A stretch of 31,547 bases of DNA from a virus (IMGVR_UViG_3300005758_000683:1-31547); one strand, 5' to 3'; shown: positions 1-8,223, counted from the stretch's first letter. The notes: generated by a model not told the origin, from the sequence alone. Numbers and translations are program-made.

Positions 1-1212
1 AGCTGGACCACAAGTTGGAGTACAAGTATATCTACTACTGCTTCAACTACTTGGAGCACTAGTCAAGCAACAACCACAACGTGGAGTACTACCTGGACTA
101 CTGCATGGTTAACTAACAGAACCACTAGCATTAGCACCAGTCAAACAACTACAGTATCTCGAAGCACAAGCCAAGCAACTACAATACTTACAAGTTGGAC
201 CACCTCGTGGAATACAGCAGGTAACACTAGCGTTACTACAAGTAGTTCTACTAGTCAAAATACTGTAAAAAGTGCGAACTGTACACAAACACAAGCTGGC
301 GTGACTTGGTATGATAACTGCCCAACAAACTATATTAATTATACTATCAATTCTGTTTGCGGACCTAGTATAAATTGCTCAAATTTATGTACTTCCAATG
401 ATTGTCGTTTTTATCAAATAACTTATAACTATAACGCAACAACAAGCTGGACTACAAGTTGGACTACAAGCTGGGCCACTACAAAAACTACGAGTGTAAC
501 TACAAGCATAAATACCTCTGTTACAACTACCTGGACAACTAGTTGGTCGCAAGCAACAACTTGGAACACTAGCTGGACTACTGGTTGGAATACTAGTCAA
601 AGCACTAGCGTATCTACAAGTCAGTCTACAACCACCAGCTGGTCAACTTCTAGAAACACTACTTGGACTACTACTTGGACTACAAGCCAAGGAACCTCAC
701 AAAGTACTACTAGATCTACAACTACTACGTGGACCACTGACTGGACTACTACATGGGCTACAACAGGTACCACAAGCCAAAACACAGCAATTAATACTGC
801 AATTAGTACTACCACAACTTGGAATTCCGTATGGAATACTAGTTGGGGTACAACAGATACAACAAGTCAAAGCACTAGTAGGACCACCCAAATATCTACA
901 GGTGTTAGTACTACTACAACTTGGAATACTAACTGGAGTACTTCGTGGAATACAACAGGTACAACAAGTCAAAATACTAGTACAGCAACAGTTATAAACA
1001 CTAGTCAAGTAACTGCCACTAACTGGAATACTAGCTGGAATACTAGCTGGAATACAGCAGGTAACACCAGCCAGTCTACCAACATAACCACTGTTATTAA
1101 CACTACACAAACTACTTCAACTACTTGGAATAGTACTTGGAATAGTACTTGGAATACGAATGGTATTACTAGTATAGGTACAAGTATTAGTACCTCGACC
1201 TGGACTCAATAA
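1..1212 (+). CDS. Thr/Ser/Trp-repeat putative tail fibre or virion appendage protein with central Cys-rich knob (5'-truncated)
   Basis: Frame 1 is open from base 1 (SWTTSWSTSI...) to TAA at 1210-1212, so the track start at 301 is internal. Tetrapeptide (T/S/N)T(S/T)X repeats flank a 6-Cys segment. Directly upstream of a tail-assembly-chaperone-like gene. Confidence 0.7.
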   Translation, partial: SWTTSWSTSISTTASTTWSTSQATTTTWSTTWTTAWLTNRTTSISTSQTTTVSRSTSQATTILTSWTTSWNTAGNTSVTTSSSTSQNTVKSANCTQTQAGVTWYDNCPTNYINYTINSVCGPSINCSNLCTSNDCRFYQITYNYNATTSWTTSWTTSWATTKTTSVTTSINTSVTTTWTTSWSQATTWNTSWTTGWNTSQSTSVSTSQSTTTSWSTSRNTTWTTTWTTSQGTSQSTTRSTTTTWTTDWTTTWATTGTTSQNTAINTAISTTTTWNSVWNTSWGTTDTTSQSTSRTTQISTGVSTTTTWNTNWSTSWNTTGTTSQNTSTATVINTSQVTATNWNTSWNTSWNTAGNTSQSTNITTVINTTQTTSTTWNSTWNSTWNTNGITSIGTSISTSTWTQ

Positions 1213-1220
1213 GGATACAT

Positions 1221-1715
1221 ATGTTTATAGCTAGAATTGAAAATGATATTGCTGTTGAATATCCTATTAGTGAGAAACAGTTTCGAAATCGGTTCAAAGA
1301 TGTTTCATTACCAAAAAGATTAACTTCTGAAATACTTAAGTCTCTTGGATATGTTTTTGTGGAAAATGCAGATTTAGACAAGTTTCCACAAGCTACAAAA
1401 GATTTTAGGGTAGTACTTGACTCAGTAGTCAAACAAGGCGATAGGTGGGTACGTACTTATAAGCTAGAACCAGTAGTATTACCCATAGAAAAAAATGCAA
1501 GAATACGTAGACAGTGGGAGCTTGTACGAAAACAAAGAGATGAACTAATCAAACAAATAGAGTGGAAAGTTTCTAGGTACAACAGAGAAATAGCTTTAGG
1601 AATTACTCCCACTGACGATATAGTAGAGCTACATAAGTACATACAAGAACTAACAGATATAACAAAACAGCCAGACCCATTTTTGGTAAAATTTCCTACA
1701 CCTCCCGGAGAATAA
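1221..1715 (+). CDS. Phage tail fibre assembly chaperone-like protein
   Basis: AAGGA RBS. C-terminal W-x2-VR-x2-RD-x-L...YIQELTDITKQPDPF-x3-P pattern typical of Phage_tail_APC/Tfa-like chaperones. Follows the fibre-like gene. Confidence 0.7.
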   Translation: MFIARIENDIAVEYPISEKQFRNRFKDVSLPKRLTSEILKSLGYVFVENADLDKFPQATKDFRVVLDSVVKQGDRWVRTYKLEPVVLPIEKNARIRRQWELVRKQRDELIKQIEWKVSRYNREIALGITPTDDIVELHKYIQELTDITKQPDPFLVKFPTPPGE

Positions 1716-1721
1716 ATTTAA

Positions 1722-2618
1722 ATGCGATTTGCAGATGAGCGGATGACTGATCCAGCTATACAAGAAAAGAAAATAGGTACTTTTGCTAAGCGTAGTAATC
1801 GCAATCAAATAGCAGAAAAGTACGAAGACTTAATAAGAGATAATGCTCCATACCCTATTTCTTATGACGTTAGTCAAATTCAACCACTTAATTTTTCAGA
1901 GTATACTTACACAGAACTATTAAGTGGTTTCTGGATAGCAACACAGTCACTAGAAATAAATTGTAGACTGCTACAAGAAGCAAGCAATTACAACAACATA
2001 GACTCAGCTTTAATACCAGAAAAGATTGTGGCAGATAAGTACATACTATCTGACGACATAGAAAAATACAAACACGTAAAAAGAATATGTTTTTTACCAG
2101 GACATAATATGTTAGACGTAGCTAGTGTAGAAATTATTTCTAGACTACTACATGAGAATGACGATATTATGCTTAAGCCACATCCAATAACCAACCAAGA
2201 ATCTTTGAATATTTTTGGAAGTAGGTTTGGATGGAATAAAGTAATTCCCAAAGACGTATCTGGAAATGCTTTATTAAAAAACTGCGACGTAGTTTATACT
2301 ACTACTGCTTCAGAAATGGCAATATCTGGAACGCTTATGGGTAAAAAAGTTGTAAATATTTCTAACTTTTTTAATGAGGGTAGCGGAGCCTATCATCCAA
2401 TAAGCAGAATTTTATTTTCTGCCCACAAACACAGTGTGCACAAAGCACAAGAGTGTTTGCTACGAATTTTTTCGTGTCCTTGGTCTGGTATAGTAGTAGA
2501 GGGTGCTGATAGCCCTGAGTCCAGAATTCACGAGTATTACAAAAAATCGCTAGAATATAGAGACTTTTACAAACCTCTAGCATCTCCGCGAGGAAATAAT
2601 CCTAATAAAAAGGCTTAA
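1722..2618 (+). CDS. Putative glycosyltransferase-like protein (GT-B / capsule-biosynthesis-like)
   Basis: KPHP motif followed by LLKNCDVVYTTTASEMAISGTLMGKKV, resembling the C-terminal Rossmann domain of KpsS/KpsC- or sialyltransferase-like GT-B enzymes. Located next to sugar genes. Confidence 0.45.
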   Translation: MRFADERMTDPAIQEKKIGTFAKRSNRNQIAEKYEDLIRDNAPYPISYDVSQIQPLNFSEYTYTELLSGFWIATQSLEINCRLLQEASNYNNIDSALIPEKIVADKYILSDDIEKYKHVKRICFLPGHNMLDVASVEIISRLLHENDDIMLKPHPITNQESLNIFGSRFGWNKVIPKDVSGNALLKNCDVVYTTTASEMAISGTLMGKKVVNISNFFNEGSGAYHPISRILFSAHKHSVHKAQECLLRIFSCPWSGIVVEGADSPESRIHEYYKKSLEYRDFYKPLASPRGNNPNKKA

Positions 2619-2620
2619 TA

Positions 2621-2830
2621 ATGAGTAACCCAGTTGCTGTGAGAATAGAACTGTGTAAAGCATGTGATAGGTTAAATAAACTAAATTTTTGCTCAGAATG
2701 CGGCTGTTTTATGCCGGCCAAAGTAAGATTTAAGTCGGCTAGCTGCCCTATAGGTAAATGGGGTCGGGTAGAAACTTCACAAGTACCGGATAACACTTTA
2801 ACGACTAACTCAAACCAAACAAATAAATAA
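2621..2830 (+). CDS. Small Cys-rich protein (DUF6171-like)
   Basis: R-x3-CKAC...CSECGCFMPAKV...CPIGKW pattern. Stop overlaps the next start (TAATG). Confidence 0.6.
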   Translation: MSNPVAVRIELCKACDRLNKLNFCSECGCFMPAKVRFKSASCPIGKWGRVETSQVPDNTLTTNSNQTNK

Positions 2831-3873
2831 TGTTAAAAGAAAAAACTACTGTTCTTGTCACAGGTGGTGCAGGCTTTATTGGTCACCACCTAATACGTCG
2901 TCTTTTAAAGCACCCCAATATTAGTGTAGTATCGTTAGATAGATTAGATTTTTCTGGAAACTTAAACAGGCTACATGAATTATCTAAAGAGTTTTCAAAG
3001 GACGACATGTCTAGGCTCAGAGTAGTATATCACGATTTACGAGCAGAAATTAACGATACTTTAGCTAAACAATTGGGTGAGATTGATTATATTATTCACA
3101 TGGCTGCTGGAAGTCATGTGAATAGATCGATTCAAAACCCAATGCTATTTGTACAAGATAACATCGTAGGCACATGCAACTTGTTAGAGTATGCTCGTAA
3201 ACACTTACCAAAACTAAAGAAATTTATTAATTTTGGTACCGACGAAGTATTTGGTTCGGCCCGAGAAGGCGTTGAGTATACAGAATACTCCAGGTACAAT
3301 AGTAGAAGCCCTTATTCAGCAACAAAGGCTGGTGCAGAAGAGTTGTGTGTTGCATACGAAAATACTTACGGTATGCCAATTTACTGTACGCATACAATGA
3401 ATGTATTTGGTGAAAGACAGCTAAACGAAAAGTTTATAGCTATAGTTATTAATAAACTTTTAACCAATCAAGAAGTATTAATACATGCAGATCCAGAAAC
3501 TGGTACAAAATCAGGGCTGCGTCACTGGATACACGCTGCTGATGTTGCAGATGCTACTGTTTTTATAATGGGGTTACCACACAAACAATTTAAACTGGCA
3601 GACAGCAGCGGAGACTTTACTTGCCCAAAATTTAATATTGTTGGGCCAGTAGAGCACAGCAACTTATATGTAGCAGAAAAAATTGCTTCCATAATGAAAC
3701 TACATTTAAAATATAGGTTGGTAAGTTACGATAACCAACGGCCGGGACACGATTTCAGATATAGTTTAAGTGGCCAATATATGAAAGAGCTAGGCTGGGA
3801 ACCAAAATATGACTTTGATACCAGACTAGAACAGGTGGTAACTTGGACCCTAAACAATAAACAGTGGCTATGA
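2830..3873 (+). CDS. rmlB: dTDP-glucose 4,6-dehydratase (extended SDR)
   Basis: GGAGFIG NAD-binding motif, HMAAGSHVNRSI, TDEVFG catalytic segment, YSATK (YxxxK), RPGHDFRY. Confidence 0.9.
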   Translation: MLKEKTTVLVTGGAGFIGHHLIRRLLKHPNISVVSLDRLDFSGNLNRLHELSKEFSKDDMSRLRVVYHDLRAEINDTLAKQLGEIDYIIHMAAGSHVNRSIQNPMLFVQDNIVGTCNLLEYARKHLPKLKKFINFGTDEVFGSAREGVEYTEYSRYNSRSPYSATKAGAEELCVAYENTYGMPIYCTHTMNVFGERQLNEKFIAIVINKLLTNQEVLIHADPETGTKSGLRHWIHAADVADATVFIMGLPHKQFKLADSSGDFTCPKFNIVGPVEHSNLYVAEKIASIMKLHLKYRLVSYDNQRPGHDFRYSLSGQYMKELGWEPKYDFDTRLEQVVTWTLNNKQWL

Positions 3874-5036
3874 GCTATACACCTATTACAAATTGCTTAG
3901 CTTGTAATTCTAGTAAACTATTTAAGTTTTTAGATTTAAAATCTCAACCGCCGGCAAATTCTTATGTAGAAACACCGTGCCAGCAGCCAAGTTATCCTTT
4001 AGGGCTGCAATATTGTGAAACCTGTACTCACGTGCAGCTAACTGTTCAAGTAAATCCTGACGAATTATTTAAAAACTACTTGTATGTGTCCGGCACAAGT
4101 AAAACCGGCCAACAGTATTTTAAAGACTTTGTTGGTGTTACACAAAAATACGTTGAATCAATAAATAATGTTTTAGACATAGCTTGCAATGACGGATCAC
4201 AGCTTGCGTGGTATAAGTCTGCAGGATATAATACATACGGTATTGACCCTGCAGAAAATTTACTGCCGCTAAGTTCTGCGCACGGTAAGGTAGTGTGTGA
4301 CTATCTAACGCAGAATAATATCAAAAGTTTTGGTGTAGATTTTGATGTTATTATAGCACAAAACGTATTTGCACACATTAGCTACACAGAGGACTTTTTA
4401 CAATACTGCAAATCAGTGTTGTCGGATACTGGTGCTATATTTGTACAAACGTCCCAAGCAAACATGGTATTTAACGGCGAGTTTGACACAGTATACCACG
4501 AACACTTGTCGTTTTTTAGTCCAGAATCGGTGTTGGCTTTAGCCAAGCGTGTTGGTTTGTATCTGGTAGACATATTGACCCCCAGCATTCACGGCACTAG
4601 CTATGTATTTATTTTACGCAAACACGGAAGTCACGTAGATATTACTAAGTTTCGTAAAGTTACTAAAAGCACGGTAGAGTCTTTTTCTTTAAAAGTAGTT
4701 TCTATTGTTTCAGCCACTAAACAAATTATTGATAACTATAGAAGTGCCGGGTACAAGGTAGTAGGTTATGGTGCTGCCGCTAAGTCTAACACGTTTATAA
4801 ATTTTAGCGGAATAACTTTAGATTATATACTAGACGATAATTCACTAAAACAAGGGCTGTATACTCCCGGAAGTAATATTTTAATTAAAGCACCTAGTAC
4901 TTTACTGCACGAGTCAAACAAATTGCTAGTAATACCACTAGCTTGGAATTTTTATGATGAAATAAAGTCCAAGGTACTAAGAGCACTTCCACAGGCTCAA
5001 TTTTTACGATACTATCCCTACATACATATTGAATAA
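3870..5036 (+). CDS. SAM-dependent NDP-sugar C-methyltransferase
   Basis: N-terminal Zn motif CLAC...CETCTHVQL, LDIACNDG SAM motif, YHEHLSFFS, IHGTS, GYGAAAKSNT, KQGLYTPGS (TcaB9/EryBIII-type architecture). ATG at 3870 overlaps the rmlB stop (ATGA). Confidence 0.85.
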   Translation: MSYTPITNCLACNSSKLFKFLDLKSQPPANSYVETPCQQPSYPLGLQYCETCTHVQLTVQVNPDELFKNYLYVSGTSKTGQQYFKDFVGVTQKYVESINNVLDIACNDGSQLAWYKSAGYNTYGIDPAENLLPLSSAHGKVVCDYLTQNNIKSFGVDFDVIIAQNVFAHISYTEDFLQYCKSVLSDTGAIFVQTSQANMVFNGEFDTVYHEHLSFFSPESVLALAKRVGLYLVDILTPSIHGTSYVFILRKHGSHVDITKFRKVTKSTVESFSLKVVSIVSATKQIIDNYRSAGYKVVGYGAAAKSNTFINFSGITLDYILDDNSLKQGLYTPGSNILIKAPSTLLHESNKLLVIPLAWNFYDEIKSKVLRALPQAQFLRYYPYIHIE

Positions 5037-5767
5037 TGCAACATTATAAAATAATAGTATTAGTAATAGCTACTACCGGTGGCGTTTATGATGAGTTTCG
5101 TAAAATATACAGCAAATACTCCGATACAAATAATCATATAAAAGTATTGTTTGCGTATGGTAAGCCTAGTATTGGCGATCATCAGTACTCAAGTAAAGAT
5201 TTAGTGTTTGATACTATAGAGGATAATTATTATCCCGGAATGCTAAAGAAAACCCTGTATGCACTAAAACATATAAATAATACCTATAGTTATGACTTTT
5301 TAGTGCGTACTAACTTGAGTACTTTTTGGGTTTTTGACAAGTTATTGCAAAGAGTATCGTCACTGCCTACAACCAACGTGGTATCAGGTACATTTAGAAA
5401 AGCTGTGGATAACTTTGGTAGGCAATTGCCAGAATATATTTCAGGAACTGGTATAGTGCTATCCAGAGATATGGTAGACGTTCTAGTATCGGATAAAACC
5501 ATACTTGATACAGAATATCCTGAAGATTTTGCCATTAGTAATTGTTTTGTAACAAAAGGAATACGCCTGACTAGAGCAGTACCCAGACCAATATGCTTAC
5601 TAGAACAAAATAGGGCTATAAACCCTAGCGACATTGAAAAGCTGTTAGAGCTAAACACCAGTACAAATATCGACCACTACAGGATTAAAAGCAGTGTTGA
5701 TTTAAGACACCAGGATATACACATAGCAAATAAGCTGTTAAATTTTTACTATGGCAAAACACTATAA
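5036..5767 (+). CDS. Putative GT-A-fold glycosyltransferase (GT31/galactosyltransferase-like), paralog 1
   Basis: KKTLYALKHI...YDFLVRTNLSTFW...YISGTGIVLSRDMV...PEDFAIS follows the GT31 motif order, but the canonical DxD is absent. Confidence 0.6.
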   Translation: MQHYKIIVLVIATTGGVYDEFRKIYSKYSDTNNHIKVLFAYGKPSIGDHQYSSKDLVFDTIEDNYYPGMLKKTLYALKHINNTYSYDFLVRTNLSTFWVFDKLLQRVSSLPTTNVVSGTFRKAVDNFGRQLPEYISGTGIVLSRDMVDVLVSDKTILDTEYPEDFAISNCFVTKGIRLTRAVPRPICLLEQNRAINPSDIEKLLELNTSTNIDHYRIKSSVDLRHQDIHIANKLLNFYYGKTL

Positions 5768-6470
5768 GGCCATTATACTAGTACTAGCATCTGAAGGGCC
5801 GCTGTATAATGAATTTAAGTCTTTGTATGAAAAGTATTTAGACTGTAGTCCAGATATTAAGGCATTTTTTACTTATGCAGGAAAAGTATCGTTTTCTCCA
5901 AAAGAACACGATTTAGTATACCCGGACTTGCAAGAAAATATACTACAACCTTGGCCAACTAAAAAAGTAGTTAGAGCCCTAGAGTATATTGACGCTAATT
6001 ATTCTTATGACTACATAGTAAGAACAAATTTAAGTACTTTTTGGGTGTTTAACAGATTAATAGCTAGGTTAAATACTCTACCTAAACACAATGTTATAAG
6101 TGGAAGAGTTGGATATATACCTCCTGAATTTGTGGTTGGTACTGATATGGTGATATCAAGAAATTTAATACAAGCACTGATTCACAATCAGCACCAGGCT
6201 TTTAAAGACTATAAGGGAAAATACATAGCTGAAGATAGGATACTAAGTGAGTTTTTTACTGAATTTTGCGGAGTCCCTCTAATACCGGACAACAAATCCG
6301 TACGAAATGTAGAAAGACTAACAGAATATTCCCAAATCTATGTACAAAAATGTATTTCCAGAGACCCAGCGTATATAGACCATTACAGAGTTAAAAATGT
6401 AGCGGATCGACAAATAGATATTAACGTAATCAAAGATTTAATATCTTATTACTATGGTATAAACGCCTAA
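5751..6470 (+). CDS. Putative GT-A-fold glycosyltransferase, paralog 2
   Basis: YDYIVRTNLSTFWVF, FVVGTDMVISR, AEDRILS, DHYRVK are colinear with the upstream paralog. Confidence 0.6.
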   Translation: MAKHYKAIILVLASEGPLYNEFKSLYEKYLDCSPDIKAFFTYAGKVSFSPKEHDLVYPDLQENILQPWPTKKVVRALEYIDANYSYDYIVRTNLSTFWVFNRLIARLNTLPKHNVISGRVGYIPPEFVVGTDMVISRNLIQALIHNQHQAFKDYKGKYIAEDRILSEFFTEFCGVPLIPDNKSVRNVERLTEYSQIYVQKCISRDPAYIDHYRVKNVADRQIDINVIKDLISYYYGINA

Positions 6471-6491
6471 ACTATTTACATTGAGGCAAAC

Positions 6492-6965
6492 ATGCTAGAA
6501 ACAGGACTAATAGGTGGCATACTAGGCGGATTATTCCGCCTAGCACCAGAAGTATTGAAATTTTTTAAGTCTAAATCAGAAATGAAGCACGAGCTGGAAA
6601 TGTTCAAGCTTCAAACTGACCTGGAGAAAACTCGCGGTGAGTTGCGGATTGAGTCTAAATACGTGGACTTTAACACCGCGGGCCTACAAGCCATAGCCGA
6701 AGCTAATCGCGCAGAGGTGGAACTAGCCAAAAATAACTACCGGTGGATTAATGCTTTTATTAGCCTGCAACGTCCATACATTACGTTTACCATATTTACA
6801 CTATACGTGTTTATAAAGCTAATAACACTGGCGTATGGTATTCAAACTGACATGACGCTCTTGGAAATTGTCGGTCAAGTGTGGACTGAAAACGACGTTG
6901 GTGTGCTAATGATGATCCTAAACTATCATTTTATAGGACGCAGCATTGAAAAGTATCGAAAGTAA
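6492..6965 (+). CDS. Putative holin-like membrane protein
   Basis: GAGG RBS. Gly-rich hydrophobic N-terminus, charged helical middle, hydrophobic C-terminal segments and basic tail. Overlaps the endolysin gene. Confidence 0.55.
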   Translation: MLETGLIGGILGGLFRLAPEVLKFFKSKSEMKHELEMFKLQTDLEKTRGELRIESKYVDFNTAGLQAIAEANRAEVELAKNNYRWINAFISLQRPYITFTIFTLYVFIKLITLAYGIQTDMTLLEIVGQVWTENDVGVLMMILNYHFIGRSIEKYRK

Positions 6966-7467
6966 TTTTATTGAAACTGCCAAGCACACGTGTACCACAC
7001 AGCTGTTGGTGCCGTGGGAAGGCACAGGACCTCGTACTCCAAGCGGCGGCTTTGCGGCGTACCCAGACCCGGGCACTGGTGGTGCACCGTGGACTATTGC
7101 GTGGGGGCTTACGTACCATCCTGACGGTAAGCCGGTGCAGCCAGGTGAAACGTGGACGTATGACTACGCACTGCAAGCCAAGGCACAAGTACTAGACAGT
7201 TTTGTGTTAGGCGTGCTGCAGCTGTGCCCCGGGCTGGTGCATGAACACCCCAACCGTCTAGCCGCGGTCACCAGTTTTGCGTACAACTGTGGACTACGCA
7301 ACTTGCAGATTTCTACGCTGCGCCGTAAAATCAACGAGTGTGAGTGGCACGACGCTGCACGCGAGTTTTTACGGTGGAACAAAGCCGCTGGGCGTGTGCT
7401 GCGTGGCCTAACTCGCCGTCGCCAAGCAGAGTCGGAGTTATTTCTACGTGTTACAACACCACAGTAA
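6946..7467 (+). CDS. Endolysin, GH24 lysozyme
   Basis: WEG...AYPDPGTGGAPWTIAWGLT (E/D/T catalytic set), SFAYNCG, STLRRKIN, RWNKAAGRVLRGLTRRRQAE. TTG start with AGGA upstream; exact start uncertain. Confidence 0.9.
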   Translation: MKSIESNFIETAKHTCTTQLLVPWEGTGPRTPSGGFAAYPDPGTGGAPWTIAWGLTYHPDGKPVQPGETWTYDYALQAKAQVLDSFVLGVLQLCPGLVHEHPNRLAAVTSFAYNCGLRNLQISTLRRKINECEWHDAAREFLRWNKAAGRVLRGLTRRRQAESELFLRVTTPQ

Positions 7468-7476
7468 ATTTTTGAT

Positions 7477-7505
7477 TTGACCTCAAGTATGTAGTGTGAT
7501 ACAAC
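7477..7505 (+). promoter_or_regulatory. Putative sigma70-type promoter for phoH
   Basis: TTGACC-17 bp-TACAAC (imperfect -10, preceded by TG), with an AAATTTT tract upstream as in the other promoters of this window. Confidence 0.45.
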
Positions 7506-7545
7506 AATTACACACAGCAATTTTATCAACCACCCAAGGAAGTAT

Positions 7546-8223
7546 ATGGCAAGTGGCAAAAAAGCGCGTCGTGAGCAAACACCGCAAAATCCAGTAGAGT
7601 ATGGTTTTCGCGATGTAAAACCACTGAATTTTATTCAAGGCGAGTACCTACGGGCAATTCAAAGCAATGAGATTGTGTTTGGAATTGGCAGTGCAGGCAC
7701 AGGTAAAACATACGTGGCAGCAACCTACGCAGCAGGTGAGCTATTTCATCGTCGTGTAGAAAAGATTATCCTAACACGGCCGAATGTAGAAACTGGACGT
7801 GGACTAGGATTCTTACCCGGCACACTTGAAGAAAAGTACGCACCCTACTTAGACCCGTTTGATCAGGTATTTGTACGCTCACTAGGCAAAGGCTTTTACG
7901 AGTACGCACTTAAAAATAAAAACATCGACCCTAAACCGCTGGGTTTTATGCGAGGTGCAACCTTTGACAACTGCATTGTGTTACTCGACGAAGCGCAAAA
8001 CGCTACTCGTGAGGAAATGAAAATGCTACTATCGCGTGTGGGCAAGAACTGCAAAATGATCGTCAGCGGTGATGTAGATCAGGCTGATATTCCTGACAGT
8101 GGGCTTAGTGATGCAGTACGCAGGCTAGAGCATATTCCGGGCATTGAGGTAGTGCGATTCCGTGACGAGGATATTGTGCGATCACCAATGTGTAAACAAA
8201 TTATCTTAGCATACAAGAACTAA
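7546..8223 (+). CDS. phoH: PhoH family ATPase
   Basis: GSAGTGKT Walker A, LGFLPGTLEEKYAPY, FMRGATF, LDEAQN, SGDVDQAD, DIVRS. Confidence 0.95.
   Translation: MASGKKARREQTPQNPVEYGFRDVKPLNFIQGEYLRAIQSNEIVFGIGSAGTGKTYVAATYAAGELFHRRVEKIILTRPNVETGRGLGFLPGTLEEKYAPYLDPFDQVFVRSLGKGFYEYALKNKNIDPKPLGFMRGATFDNCIVLLDEAQNATREEMKMLLSRVGKNCKMIVSGDVDQADIPDSGLSDAVRRLEHIPGIEVVRFRDEDIVRSPMCKQIILAYKN

Noticed and set aside
280-432. Diversity-generating retroelement target
   Set aside because: No reverse transcriptase and no second template-like copy of this segment in the window.
109-1110. Minus-strand Cys/Val-rich ORFs (109-294, 385-600, 621-815, 697-1110)
   Set aside because: They are antisense shadows of the Thr/Ser codon repeats.
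1-1212. CRISPR array or non-coding tandem repeat
   Set aside because: The repeats are codon-phased with synonymous variation inside one open frame; there is no constant repeat with unique spacers.
1-1212. Ice-binding or ice-nucleation protein (TxT motifs)
   Set aside because: Not fully excluded, but the mirror symmetry around a knob and the adjacent tail chaperone fit a hairpin fibre better than a parallel beta-solenoid.
2830-6470. DNA hypermodification (glycosylated base) cluster
   Set aside because: No hydroxymethylase, modified-nucleotide kinase or recognisable TET/JBP gene is adjacent, and the genes are in the tail block rather than the replication block. Kept only as a lower-ranked alternative.
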